A DNA stretch of 64,000 nucleotides from Isurus oxyrinchus. Taxonomy: Eukaryota. A model generated the notes under the pieces. It was not told where the DNA came from. It made no database searches and worked only from the letters and a program-made list of their open reading frames with translations. A program made the position numbers and the translations under genes. Position 1 is the first letter of the stretch; each line of letters opens with the position of its first letter. Below are positions 38,931-52,385 of the stretch, piece after piece. The stretch covers positions 3,224,001-3,288,000 of the forward strand of contig JANJGN010000026.1 of NCBI GenBank assembly GCA_026770705.1, in the 5' to 3' direction.

Positions 38931-39099
38931 CAGGAATCTCTCTGGTAAGTGTTTCACAAGATTGAATTTAGATTAGCAGTCACACTCTGATATGAAACCT
39001 AGGCGTTCTAGTTAAGAAGCCTAGTTAACAGAACCACCTATGTCACTTTCAGTTATCAGTCAGCCAATTGGAAGTTGCTACCTGTTATTTACTATAGCA

Positions 39100-42000
39100 G
39101 AAAGCTGACTTAGCATTTGCATCTTGGTTTGAGCCATCTGCTCTCGAGAAAGAAGTGTTCAGAGTGAGACGACAAAGTGAGATGACAAGTCTTGCCTGCA
39201 ACGAGGAACAAATGTCAATTTGGGAATTTGGTGTAAGTGGGAAATCGGTGCAAAGGGAGAAGGAGGTTTCCTTTTTGTACCATTCTGGGGCCTTCAGTAG
39301 CTGGTAGGTTTTTTTCTGCCAAAAAGTTATGGGGCATAATTTGCTATTAGTTTAGCTGTATCAATTAGTATCTATTTGATTTGTTAATTAAATAAGATTA
39401 TTCAGACATGACAGCGATGCTGGCGTGCCATAACTCACAAACATCAGAATCTGTGGAAAGATTGCAATCCCAAAAAACTAAATCTGTGGCAAGTGACTTC
39501 GCCTCTATTTTGTTGAGCAATGTTATGGTTTCTGCGGTGCACAGATACCTCAACCAAGAAGATTGGTAACACAATTATGTGGGTTCTTTGATTTCAAGAG
39601 GTGAAACCACGTGCACCAATCTCTCAAAGTCCCTTGACAAGTCCTGTCTCTCGAGCTGCTCATATCTTCAGCGTGATGATTAATTGAGCATATACATTAC
39701 AATCTCTCTGATTGTGTATAGTAGTTTTAGATATGCTTCTTAAAGGCATTCCAAAGCAAGCAGCAGCCAGCGTCACAGACGTTGTGTCGCATCATGGAGG
39801 GGGGATTGCTTCCTAGACATTGTGTTCCAGCAGGCACTCTCACCCCTTTAGGTCAGGTAGAAAGTTAGAGTCTTTCGATGACCAGGGACAGCGGGTTATG
39901 ACTGTGAGATAGGCAGGGTTCAGGATGTTGTGAATACTGATGGGGGGTTCTGAGCCCATGACTTTGCCCAAGAGACCGAGGTGCTTGCAACCTATTTGAA
40001 TGAGCAGAAATACTGCAGTTTGTAGAACAAACTGAGGATAGCACCACAGTGCAGGATAGCATTCAATGGGTGTGGGGGTGGTAAGGGGCAGCGGAGTGGG
40101 AGGTGGAAAGAAATATAGAACTGCCAGAGCAAAGTACGGTTAGTTGTAGATGCTGTTACTTGCAGTTGCAGCTTGAAGCCCAGTAGGTTGTGCTTAATCA
40201 TTGAGGGAGTAACATTTGCTGTTGATGTAGGGGAACTGGTGAATTTCCTGTACTTAGATTTGCAGAAGGCATTTGATAAAGTGCCAGATCAGATGTTATT
40301 GTATAAAATAAAAGCTCTCATGGTATAAGGGATAACATATTGGCATGGGTAGAAAATTGGCTAATTGGAAGCAGAGAGGAGGCATAAATCGGCCTTTTCA
40401 GCTTGTCAGAATGTAACAAGTGTTGTGCCACAGGGGTCAGTGCTGTGACTTCAACTGTATATATTGTATATAAATGACTTCGATGAAGTGTGTGTGGGAA
40501 TGTTGCCAAATTTGCTGATGCTGCAAAGTTAGGTCAGAAACACAATTGTGAAGAGGACATAAGGAGGCTAGAAATTACAAATAGGTTAAGTGAGTGGGAA
40601 AAGATCTGGAAAATGTAGTATAATGTGGGAAAATGTGAAATTTTCCATTTTGTCAAGAGGAATAAAAGAGAAGCACATTATCTAAATGTTGAGAAACTGT
40701 AGAACTTTGAAGTGCAGAGTGATCTGGGTGACTTAGTGCCTGAATCATAAAAGGCTTGTATGTAGCACATCAAGTAATTAGGAAAACTAATAGAATGTTG
40801 TCATTAATTGGGAGGGAATTGATCACATAAGTGTGGAGGTTAAGCTTCAGTTATACAGGACACTAGTGACACCACGCCAGGACTGCTGTACACAGTGTTC
40901 ATCGCAATTTTTGAGGTGGGATGTAAAAGTGTTGGAAGCAGTTCAGAGAAGGCTTACCAGGCTAATACATGGAATGGGCAGGTTGTCTCAGGAGGATATG
41001 TTGGAAAGGCTACGCTTGTATCTGCTGAAGTTTAGAAGAGTAAGAGGTGACTTGGCTGAAACATAGAAGGTCCTGAGGGGTCTTGACAGGGTGAACGTGG
41101 AGAGGATTTTTCCTCTTGTAGGAGAATCTATAAATCAAGGTAACTATTAAGAAAAAAGAGTCGCCCATTTCACATGGAGATGAAGCAATTATTAATTTTT
41201 TCCAGAGGGTCATGCGTCTTTGGTACTCTCTTCTGGAAAAGGCATTAGAAGCAGAGTATTTGAATATTTTAAAGGGTAAAGTGGATAGATTCGTGGTAAG
41301 CATGGGGGTGGTAGGCAATTTCCGGTAGGCAGGATGCAGTTTTGAGGTTACTATCAGATTAGTCATGGTCTTATTGATTGATGGAGCAATTTCGAGAGGC
41401 CGAATAACCTTCTCCCGCTCCTTGTTCTTATGTTCGTATAAGTGCTCATTTTCAGGGTGATGGACAGCACCTCGCAGCTTCGGGCAAAGGTGAAGTGGTG
41501 GGGATGAGGGGTGGGGAAAGGGGGAGATCCAGTTACTGTGGTAGAATTTGGAATCAAATTCTTCTAAGAGAGTAGTTAGAATCGAAATTAAAATGCAGAA
41601 GATCAAAGCCAATCTGACCGATATGATATTAGCATAGATTCAAAAAGAATAGAGAATTCATCTCCTGGCTCAAAGAGTGGTGCGTGAATAAGAGGTCTCA
41701 ATTCATGGGGTAGCGACACAAGCACCCATTAAAGACAGGATTGTTCAATTGTCACAGGCTGTGCTGAAATAGGACTGGGGGCAGTGTCATGATGAACTTT
41801 ATAACTAGGGATTCTGGTATAGCATCAATGTCGAGTGGGAGCATGGTCTGTGTGAAGGGAGATTTAGAAATATGAAGATAAAACTCAAGGCAATGGAACA
41901 GACTAAAAACCAGCGGAGTGGATCAGGAAGGTGCAAAGAGTTGAACAGTAATCCTGCATCAGGAAGTGAAAAAATAACATTTAGGCAATAGTAGCCAACA

Positions 42001-43300
42001 TGAAATTAAATTATCCTTATCACAATTCAAAAAACACCCACAATACAATAAGTCGATGAGCTATTGTCACAAATCGAGATAAATGATTAACAGCTATCCT
42101 TCAATACAGAAACATAGCTGCACATTGACCAAGGTTGTGGAATATATATTCCAGGCTATGCAATATTTCTAAAATGCAGACTGAATTGCCAAGGGGGACT
42201 GGTAGTAAATGATGACATAAGGACCTTAGTGAGCAAGAGCCTTGGATCAGAAGATCATGCAGTTGAATCTGGTTAGGTGAATATTTTGGACAAAGAGAGT
42301 CAGTAAACGCTGGTGGGAGTAGCTTAGACACCCACTAGGAAAAGCTAACAGTTGCACAGAGCATTAAAGAAGAAATTGTTGGAACGTGTCACAAAGGCAA
42401 TTTATTAAAACTGAGGAATGTTAATCTTCATAAAAATAGGGCATAACAAAGTGACAAGGATCGTCAAGAAGATGCATATTTCTTGGAACAATGCATTGCG
42501 GAAAATGAGACAAAGTTAACGAGTAATCTCATTGTTAAAGATCCACTGGGAGATCGTGATCGCAATGAATTTAACTTCCACGTTAAGCATGAGAGCGACA
42601 TATTCTATCAAAAAGTAACATTCAGTTTAAACAAAACCAATTCTTTAGGAACGAGGAGAGTGCTGAGTAAGTGTGGTTGGGGAATAGAATTACAGCTATG
42701 GTAGTACATAAACAGTGGGAACCATTTCAATGAACAATTCAGATTTTTCGACAAAATTCATTCTATTGAAAAACCAAAACCTCAGCAAGAAAAATCACAT
42801 CCAAGTATTACTCAGGAAGTTAAGTTAGTATCAGATTAAAAAGAAAAACTTACAATGTTGCAAAGAGCAGGACCAAGGCTGGGGATTGAGATTGTATTAC
42901 AAAACATGAAAGGGTCAGCCAAAAGTTGTTAAAAAGGTGGGAAAGCATTCAATTTCAGAGCAGATTAGATAGGAGCATAAAATTGATTGTAAAAACTTTC
43001 ACAAGTTAAAAAAATGAAAGTAGCTGAAGTAAACACTTACTAGCATCAGGGGAAATTGTTACAGGGAATGATATAATGGCAGAGACACTGAACAGATAGG
43101 TTGTGTGCAGCTTCAAAATGGAAATCACAAGATGCTCAACAGAAATATTGGTTAACATAAGTGCATATAAGAGTGAATAAATTAAGGTAATTTATATCAA
43201 CAGAAAAATTACTGAAGAAGAAAAAAAATGGAAGTCCGACAAGTTCCAATAACCTGATGGCTTATAACCTGGGTCCCTAAAAGTGCCAGATATAGAGACA
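39100..43300 (+). mobile_element. Two adjacent degenerate CR1-type LINE segments
   Basis: YLDLQKAFDKV (~40250), LQLYRTLV (40840), 3' UTR at ~41400, then an endonuclease-region remnant ending at PDG (~43255). Confidence 0.7.
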
Positions 43301-44889
43301 GTGGATGTCCTGGCATTTAATTTTCATTCACAGAATGTAGGTTTCGCTGGTTGGGCCAGCATTTATTGCCCATTCCTAATTGCCCTTGAGCTGGTGAGCG
43401 ACCATCTGGAACCTCTGCATTCCATGTGGTGTAGGTGCACCCACAGTGCTATTAGGGAAGAAGTTCCAGGAATTTCACCCAGCGACAGTGAAGGAAGGGC
43501 GATATATTTCCAAGTCAGGATGGTGCGTGTCCTGGAAGGGAAATTCCAGGTGGTGGAGTTCCCCTATATCTGGAGCCCTTGTCTTTCTAGATGGTAGTGC
43601 TTCTGTGCTTGGAAGGTGCTGTCGAATGAGCCTTGTTGAATTCCTGCAGTACATCTAGTAGATGGTGCCCACTGCTGCTACTGTGCTGTAGGGGGTAATT
43701 GTTCGTAGATGTGATGCCAATCAAGTGGGCGGTTTGCCTGGATGGTCTCCAGCTTCTTGAGTACTGTGAGAGCTGCACTCATTCAGGCATATGGGGAGAA
43801 TCCAATTATACTCCTGATTTGTGCTTTGTACATTGATGGACAGGCTTTGGGGAGTCAGGAAGTGAGTTTCTCGCCCCAGATTCCTAGCCTGTGGCCTGAT
43901 CTTGTAGTCTATGCATTTATATGCCTATTCTAGTTAAATTCCTGGTCAATGTTACCCCCCAGGATGTTGATACCTGGGGGATTCTGCGATGATAATGCCA
44001 TTGCACCTCAAGAGGCGGTGGCTAGATTCTCCCTTGCTGCTGATGGACATTGTGTGTCATTTGAGTGGCGCACTTGTTACTTGTTACTTGTCAGTCCCAG
44101 CCAGGTTATTGTCCAGGACTTGCTGCATTTGGACACGAACTGCTTCAGCATCAGAGGAGTCGCAAATTGTGTATTAACATTGTGGAATCATCAGCAAACA
44201 CCCCCAACTCGTAACTTATGATGAAAGGAAGGTCTTTGATGAAGCAGCTGAATATGGTTGGGCCAAGAATAGTACACTGAGGAACCCAGTGTTGTAGATG
44301 TACTGGAACAGCTTGGCTAGTGGTGTGGCAAGTTTTGGAGTACGAGTCTTCGGTTCTATTGACAGAATATTTTCAGGGACCATCGCCTTTGTACAATCCA
44401 GCGCCTTCAGCCTTTTCTTCAGATCACATGGCGTGAATGGAATTGGCTGAATACTGGCATGTGTGATTCTGGGGATGTCCAGACGAGGCCGAGATGGGTC
44501 ATCCACTGTGCACATCTGGCTGAAGATTGTAGCAAATGCTTCAGCCTTATCTATTGCACTGATGTGCTGGGCTCCTCCATCATTGAGGATGGGAATGCTT
44601 GTGCAGCCTCCTCCTACAGTGAATTGTTTAATTGTCCACCACGATTCACGACTGGATGTGGCAGGACTGCAGTGCTTAGATCTGATCCATTGGTTGCGGG
44701 ATCGCTTAGCTCTACCTATCACTTGCTGATTATGCTGTTTGGCACGCAAGTAGTCCTGTGTTATAGCTCCACCAAGTTGACACCTCTTTTTTAGGTTCTG
44801 GTACTGACATGCTCTCCTGAATTCTTCATTGAACTAGGGTTGATCCCCTGGCTTGATGGTAATGATACAGTGGGTGATATAGGGTCGTG

Positions 44890-45500
44890 GACTCATAGAA
44901 GTCGACAGCACAAAAGGAGGCCATTTAGCCCATCGTGTCTGCACCAGTCGGCAAAGATCTGACAACACTAATCCCATTTTCCAAAGCTTGGCCCATGGCC
45001 CCGGAGAACATGGCAATGCAAGTGAATATTTAAATACTTCTTAAATGTTATGAGATTTTCTGACTCAATCACCGCTTCAGGCAGTGAATTCCAGACTCCC
45101 ACCACCCCCGGGTGAAAGAATTTCTCCTCAACTCTCGTCTCAGCCTTCTACCTCTTACATTAAATCTATGCCCCCTGTTTTTGACCCCTCTACTGATGGA
45201 AAAAGTGCCTTCCTGTCCACCCTATCTATGCCCCTCATTCTTATATTCATCTGTCAGGTCCCCTCTCAACCTTTGCTGATCCGAGTAAAACAAACCCAGC
45301 CCATGCAATCTTTCCTCAAAGCTCAGACCCTGCAGCCCAGTGGATCCTCTCTAGTGCAATCACATCTTTCTATAATTTGACCAGCACTGTACACAGTATT
45401 CCAGTTGTGGTCTAACCAGCATCTTATACAATTCCAGAATAAAGTCCCTGCTGTCGTATTCTATGCTTCAGCTAATAAAATTAGTGTCCTACATGCCTTT
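44890..45500 (-). mobile_element. CR1 3'-end fragment inserted in the LINE
   Basis: CATAGAAGTCGACAGCACAAAAGGAGGCCATTTAGCCCATCG terminus, similar to 47950-48000. Confidence 0.7.
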
Positions 45501-45652
45501 ATTATGCTGGGCCATGAGGTTACATATTGCACTCGGGTACAATTCTGCTGCTGCTAATGAGCCACAGCACCGCATGGATACCCAGGCTTGACTTGCTAGA
45601 TCTGTTTGAAATCTACCACATTTAGGTAGTGCCACAAAACACGATTGGGGGG

Positions 45653-46228
45653 TGTTAGGGGAGAATATGGGGGACATTAAGAACTTATTGAAAGGGGATG
45701 GACTACTTAAAATATCCAAGCAGCTCGTGCCTGCAAGTATAGTAAAAGGCCAGGCTGGACAGAGAGGAATCTGAACCTTGCACACTCTCAGAGCCTGTGA
45801 CCATCAGCAAGGCCAGGCCGAACAGAGAGGAATGCACATGTGATAGATTGGGTGTTGGAGGGGTAAGACCGGAGCCTTAGGTTAAAAAACAACCAAGATT
45901 GGGTCTGTTTAGAGCAGATAGGGAAATAACAGATCGTACTAGTTGGGTTGGGAGGGAAGGTCTCCGCCGGGGGTGCAAGTAGGGACAGCTGAAGCCTGTA
46001 CTTTGGTACCTTTGTTACTAGAGAGATATATGTTTAATGTAAACAAATATGTCAGAATCTGGCAACTCTTCTTGTACATGATCAATAATGTATAAATATG
46101 GTGAACACTTGTAGTTTAGCAGAGTGCTATCTCAAACCGCATTGGTGGTCTCCTTTCAATTGCTCAAATAAAGGATTGTGACCTGTACCTAAGACTCCTG
46201 TGGTCTGTTTGTCAAAGTAACCACAACA
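45653..46228 (+). repeat. 5' LTR
   Basis: TGTTAG...ACAACA termini, TATAAATA 46091-46098, AATAAA 46167-46172; direct repeat of 54137-54722. Confidence 0.92.
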
Positions 46229-46231
46229 GTT

Positions 46232-46249
46232 TGGTGTAGTCAGCAGGAT
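46232..46249 (+). promoter_or_regulatory. Primer-binding site, tRNA-Ser type
   Basis: TGGTGTAGTCAGCAGGAT versus the complement of the vertebrate tRNA-Ser 3' end, TGGCGTAGTCGGCAGGAT (two CpG-type transitions). Lies 3 nt after the LTR. Confidence 0.85.
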
Positions 46250-46659
46250 ACTTGGATCGGATCCTCAGGGCAGCTCTGCAAAGTGGGTGAGTATATTTAT
46301 TTACCACCCTGGTTAGTGCAGTAAGCCTACCTGAGAACAGTCGGTCAAGTATCAAAGAATCGATAGGGCGACTCAGGACAGGAGATAGGAGGCGCCAGGT
46401 TAGGAGGCGGAGCCGAGCAGGCAGGCTAGCGGTGCCAAAGCTGCACAGGAAGGCCAGACCGCTACCAAAGGAGGCAGAGCTGTGCTGGCAGGTTACCGCT
46501 TGAAATATAACCATAACCAGAGCCGCGCAGGGAGGCCAGACCCCAGTTAAGTGGAGACGGAGCCGTGCTGGCGGGTAACGGTTTTAAATAAGCCTGAGCC
46601 AAAGCCACACAGGGATGCCAGACCCCAGTGAAATACCACAAGTAAGTAAGTTGTTGGGG

Positions 46660-47780
46660 CTGTGCAAATGCACCGTGCAGAGATAGACGGGAATAAGAAC
46701 AGAGTTCCGTCGGAGAAACAGAACAGTGCTATGGAACTCAACTGGGGAACCGTGGACTCCATTACAAGGTTTATAGCAGAACAGCAGTCCAAACTAAACA
46801 CAAAATTGCAGAACGAGAGGTGGAATCCACAGGGAACAAAAACAATGTTGTATAGAGCAGAAAAAGGACAAGGAAAAGAAAGGGGTGATTGTCATTATTA
46901 TCTTGTACCTGCAATTGTGCAGACGGTTTAATACTAAGTTCCAGTCGATTAGAGAAAGAGAGACAAAGTCAGATTCGGGACAGATCAGAGCAGTGGCGAC
47001 AACTTGTGGTGACACTGGTCAAGAGAAAGAGAGCTCCAATGGAGAAATCCATGATGGAGTAGGGACAAAACCGCCCTCATAACAACCAACCGCACCACTT
47101 TGCCTGATGAATCCCAAGGCCGCTGTGGCAGTAACTGTTAGGAAAAGTAAAGCCAGGAAAGGCTAATAAAAAACCGAAGGGAGAAAGGGGGCTGAGGAAT
47201 GGAGAGAGGACGAGGAGATGGAGAGTGTTACGAAGAAAGTTAAGCACGTACAATTCGGCCCGGGGGAGAAGCAGGTTTTGCTTCAAGCACTGCCAAGACT
47301 TAAAACTTGGCATAACAACCCAGACTTTTGAACCAAACTGGGGGAAATGCAAGATTTCCATGCAATGTACCCCCTTGATACCCAAATACTGATGAAGGCG
47401 AAGTGCCAGCGGATATTTGGGGAAGATTGCTCATACAGTTTAGAAGTGGTGACTGGGCAAAACCTGGGGGCAACCCAGATTGGGAGAAGGCGACAGCCCT
47501 GCACAGGGACTTTGAGGAGGCAGTTAAGGAAGCCTTGGGGGAGGAAGAGAGGAATTGGAGGGTGTATAATGTCCAGAGCGGTATGGCGAGATTTTCCTGC
47601 AAATGAGGAAGGATGATTGGGACCCGAAAGCTCCGGTACTGAATTTTCTGTAACTTAAAAATGAATTGATCTAAGTTAGAAGAGCTGGCTGTGCTGAAGA
47701 GAGAGAGAGAGAGAGGAAAGGGGGGTACCCCTAGGGGGTTAATAAGCACTGACAGGCAGTAGGAGGGGAAATGCGAGCTT
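46660..47780 (+). pseudogene. Putative decayed gag region
   Basis: Position after the PBS and leader, with fragmented purine-rich ORFs (e.g. WEKATALHRDFEEAVKEALGEEERNW). No diagnostic motif recognised. Confidence 0.45.
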
Positions 47781-47943
47781 TCGTGAGTTTCATGGACCCT
47801 ATAGGCTTCGAGATCCCTTTATTTCCCGAATTGCTATCTGAAGTTTCATTTAGAATATAACAGTTTTAAGCCAAGTTAGGGATACAGAAATATAAATACA
47901 TACTTCTAAATGTGTGTTTGTTTGTGTGCAAGGAAGCATTTGT

Positions 47944-50440
47944 ATAGAATCATAGAACCATATGAAGTTGACAGCACAGAAGGAGACCATTCGGCCCATC
48001 TTGTCCATGCCAGCCCGAGGACACTCAGGTGCCCTTTCTAATCCCACCTTCCTGCACCCGGCCCATAGCCCTGCAGCTTACAACACTTTATGTGCAGATC
48101 CAGGTACTTTGTAAAAGAATTTAAAGTTTCTGCCTCCACCACCAACTTGGGCAGTGAATTCCAGACACCCACTACCCTCTGCGTAAAAACGTTCTTCCCC
48201 ATGTCCCCCCGACACCTTCTGCCACTTATGCGCCCTGGATCTAGAATTCTCCATCAAGGGAAACAATTTTATCCTGTCCACTCTATCTATTCCCCTCATA
48301 ATTTTGTACACCTCAATCAAGTCACCTCTCAGCTTTCTTTGTTCTAAGGAAAATAACCCCAGCCTATCCAATCTCTCTCCTAGCTACAGTTTTCTAACCC
48401 CGGCAACATTCTTGTAAACCTCCTTTGCACTGTCTCTAGACCTATTACGTCCTTCCTGGAATGTGGTGACCTGAACTGCACACAATACTCCAGTTGTGGC
48501 TTCACCAGCGTTTTATACAATTCCAACATTATATCCTTACTTTTAGATTCTGTACCTCTGCCAATGAAGGAGAGCATTCCATATGCCTTCTTTACAACCT
48601 TGTCTACTTGAACTGCTGCCTTCAGGGACCTGTGTATTTGTACGCCAATATCTCTCACTTCATCTACCTCTCTTAGTATATTCACATTTATTCTGTGATC
48701 CCTGTAATTGTTTGATCTCCCTAAATGTACGACCTCACACTCCTCTATGTTAAAATCCATCTGCCACTTGATTGCCCACTCCACCAACCCATCTATATCG
48801 TTTTAGAGCTGATGGCTATCCTCTATGCTATCCAGTACTTGGCCAATCTTTGTGTCATCTGCAAATTTCCCAATCGTGCCCCGCATGTTCACATCCAAAT
48901 CTTTAATATATAACACAAACAGCAAGAGACCCAACACCAAGTCCTGTGAAACACCACTTGAGACAAATTTCCATTCACAAGGGCATCCATCGACCATTAC
49001 TCTTTGTTTCCCGTTAAAAAGCCAACATTTTGTCCAGTTTGCCACATTACCCTGAATCCCATGGGCTTTTACTTTCCTGACCAATCTGCCATGTGGGACC
49101 TTGTCAAATGCCTTGCTAAAATCCATGTATACAACATCCGCTGCATTACTTCATCAACCCTTCTTGTCACTTTCTCAAAGATTTCAATCAAATTTGTGAG
49201 GCAAGACCTTCCTTTGACAAATCCATGCTGACCATCCTTGAGTAGCCTATGCCTTTCCACATGATGGTTAATCCTATCTCTCAGGATTGATTCTACTAAT
49301 TTGCTCACCACCAATGTAAGACTAACTGGCCTATAATTGTTCGGCATTTCCTTTGATCCCTTTTTAAACAATGGAACTACGTTTGCATTTCTCCAGTCCT
49401 CCGGTACCTCCCCTGTATATGGTAAAGATTGGAAAATCATCCTCAGAGCATCTGCTATCTTCTCCCTGACTTCCTTCAGCAGCCTCAGAAACAATCCATC
49501 CGGCCCTGGCGACTTATAAACTTTCAAGGATTTCAACCGTTCCAGTACTTCCTCTTTCTTTATGAATATCCCGTCCAGTATCTCGCAGTGTTCCTCCTGG
49601 ACTACTGTATCTATGTCCTCCCTTTCCTTTGTAAACACGGAGATGAAATATTCATTCAAAACCCTTACCATCGCCTCTGCATCTGCACAGAAGTTTCCAT
49701 CTTCATCTCTGATAGGTCCCACTTTTTCCTTAACTAATAATGTATTGGTAAAACATCTCGGGTTATCTTTAACTTTACTGGCTAATCTTTTTTCATGCCC
49801 TCTCTTTGATTTCCTTATTTCCTATTTTACTTTGTCCCTGCACTTCCTATATTCGTGTGGGCTATCTGCAGTGCTTAGTTCTTTGTGCCTATTGTACGCT
49901 TTCTTTTTATGTTTGCTCTTCCCCTGTATTCCTCTAGACAACCAGGGAGGTCTATATTTAGCAATACCACTCTTATTTTTGACGGGGACATATCTACTTT
50001 GTACAATTAGGATCTCGCTTTTTAGTGATTCCCACTGGTTTTCCACTGTTTTATCCTCCAGCTTTGCTGTCCAGTCCACCTCAGACAAGTCCCTTCTCAT
50101 TTCTGCAAAATTTGCTGTCCCCCAGTTCAAACCTTTTCTCTGTCCTTTTCCATGGTAATGCTAAATCTAACTGAATTGTGATCACTGTCCCCGATATTGT
50201 CGCCAACTGTCACATCACCAACTTGCCCGTCTTCGTTCCCCAAGACAAGGTCTAGAATTGCATCTCCTCTCATTGGGTTTGTCACTGATTGGTTGAAAAT
50301 CTTTCCTGGACACACTGCATGAATATTGCTCGCTCAGTGCACCATATGTTGTTTGAATCCCAGTTGATATTAGGATAGGTGAAGTCTGCTACTATAATTG
50401 CCCTCTTGTTCTTACAAGGAGAAATTTGCCTCCATGTTTG
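47944..50440 (-). mobile_element. Relatively well-preserved CR1-type LINE inserted inside the LTR element
   Basis: Long ORF2 pieces: PMRGDAILDLVLGN, LNEYFISVFT, VPEDWRNANVVPLFKKG, MDFSKAFDKVPH, FADDTKIG, LYKTLVKPQLEYC. Tail reads as CATAGAA repeats at ~47945. Confidence 0.93.
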
Positions 50441-52109
50441 TGCCTCTCACATATGTGAGCTTTAATGTGTTTTCTTCTGCAAATTGTCATTTGTATGTGT
50501 AGCTCAGCACTTTAGGGCTGAAATGCCCATGTTAGATTAAAGGAAAAGTACACTAAAATATCCAAAGTTTTGAGTATAAGGATTGAGTTGAGATTTCTGG
50601 CAAAAAGGATCGCAATTTGACGGTATCATGAAGCTAGGCAGGGTTTGATGACCCAAAATCTTTGTACCTAAAACCCCCTTGCAGACTAGCATTACCAGCT
50701 TCCAAGTTGACTGGGATTGATACAGACGAGTTGCATTAACTGATAAGAATTCGCATTCTAAAATTATGAAGGAAAAAAGGTTACCTGAAGTTTAAGGAAT
50801 TCTAGGAAAACAAAAATGCATAAACACACGGTCTAAAGTGGTTCCAATGGATAAAAAGGGGTTTCCTTTGTAGAGATGAATTCAATATGAAAGGAAATCT
50901 GCATGCAAACAGCACTGTTCTTTGAAGTTGGGAAATGGCTTGAGATGCAAACTGCAGTGTAATTTAACAGGTTACTTCGAATAACGAGGATGCTATCCAA
51001 AGGTAAAGAATGTGTCAATAAACATACGAGAATTATAACTTGGATGCAAACCAATACACAGAAGAAAGAGGTAGTTTTAATTTTGATAGCGTAAATTACA
51101 TTTCTTACAAAGTTTAAAATGTTGAGGTTTGGTTCCTGATAATTTCTGAAAAGGGAATTTTCATTTTAAAAGGTTTGACTACAATTGTCACTAATTCAAA
51201 TGCTGCAAGCGTTTGTATTTGTAAGTCTGTTCCCAACATATGAATCTAAGCTCAAGACCTTTACAAAGTTTGGCAGAAATCCAATTTTTGGCTGAGTTAA
51301 TGAATCTTGGATAATTCTAAGAAGCGAGTCAGACACAATTTAGTGGAATACATTTGAGACAAGAAAATGTTGTTTGAGAAGAAGATAAGGAACATGTCAA
51401 TGTCTGATTTCTGTTTTTAAAACTGTTATATTTTATTTATTTTAAAGTCTCTCCAGGCAACATGAACAAGATAAGATGGTAGCTGTTGCATGTGTGAAAT
51501 GGCATGAGGCAAATAGGAGAAATAGTTAGAGAAAGACAACACTATATACAAACTGTTTTAAGGGAACTGAATTTGATAATCTGGCCATCAGCTGAAACAT
51601 TGGAAACGCACAGGGGGAGAGAAGCAAAGATCTAGAGACAGAGATGATCCTTGGTGACATAGAATAGTTAATACAGCCTAAAGAGCAAGGAAACATTATA
51701 AAAGATCAAGAAAATAGAGAAACTGACATCAAGAGAACCTTAGGATGATCATGGTCAGGGGAAAAAAACGTAGAGGTAAAACTATGTGGAATCTGTAGTT
51801 CAGGAATTGAAATGTAAGGAGAAATAATAATTAACATCAATATACCACAAGGATATAAGTAAAGGGAAAGCTGTAAAAAGGCGAAATAGATGTATTACTG
51901 ATTGTATTATTGTGCCTGTGAACTACAAAAAGTAAGACCACAGGATTAACACTATGGTGACAGGCAGTTAAGCGGCTCACAGAGAGAACAGTCACTGGAA
52001 GTGAAGAAACTGAGCCATTGAAAGATAGGATAAGAAGGTGAACTGTAGAGTTGTATAGGCAGTTTAATGAATTTAGGTCCGACGAGGGACAGCAGCAGGA
52101 GACAGTAGA

Positions 52110-52375
52110 TTAGTTGGAGTGGAGGGTGTTTATCCAGATGGATTCAGATCAGGGAACTCATTTCACAGGAAGAGTTATTAAAGAAATGTATATATTTAAA
52201 TATAAACAGAGATTTCACATTCCCTACCAGCCAAAGAGCTCGAGGATGGTGGAAAGGGTGAACTGAGCTTTAAAAAAAATCAATCACAAAAGCAATTCAA
52301 GAGACAGAGAACAGCCCAATATTCTAATGCGCCTTAGGGCTACCACATGCAGTACCACCGGGTTCACCCACATCT
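52110..52375 (+). pseudogene. Integrase catalytic-core remnant
   Basis: Reads QMDSDQGTHFTGRVIKE...QRFHIPYQPKSSRMVERVN...ILMRLRATTCSTTGFTP, the second D and the E of a DD35E integrase. Confidence 0.88.
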
Positions 52376-52385
52376 ACTTTCACAG

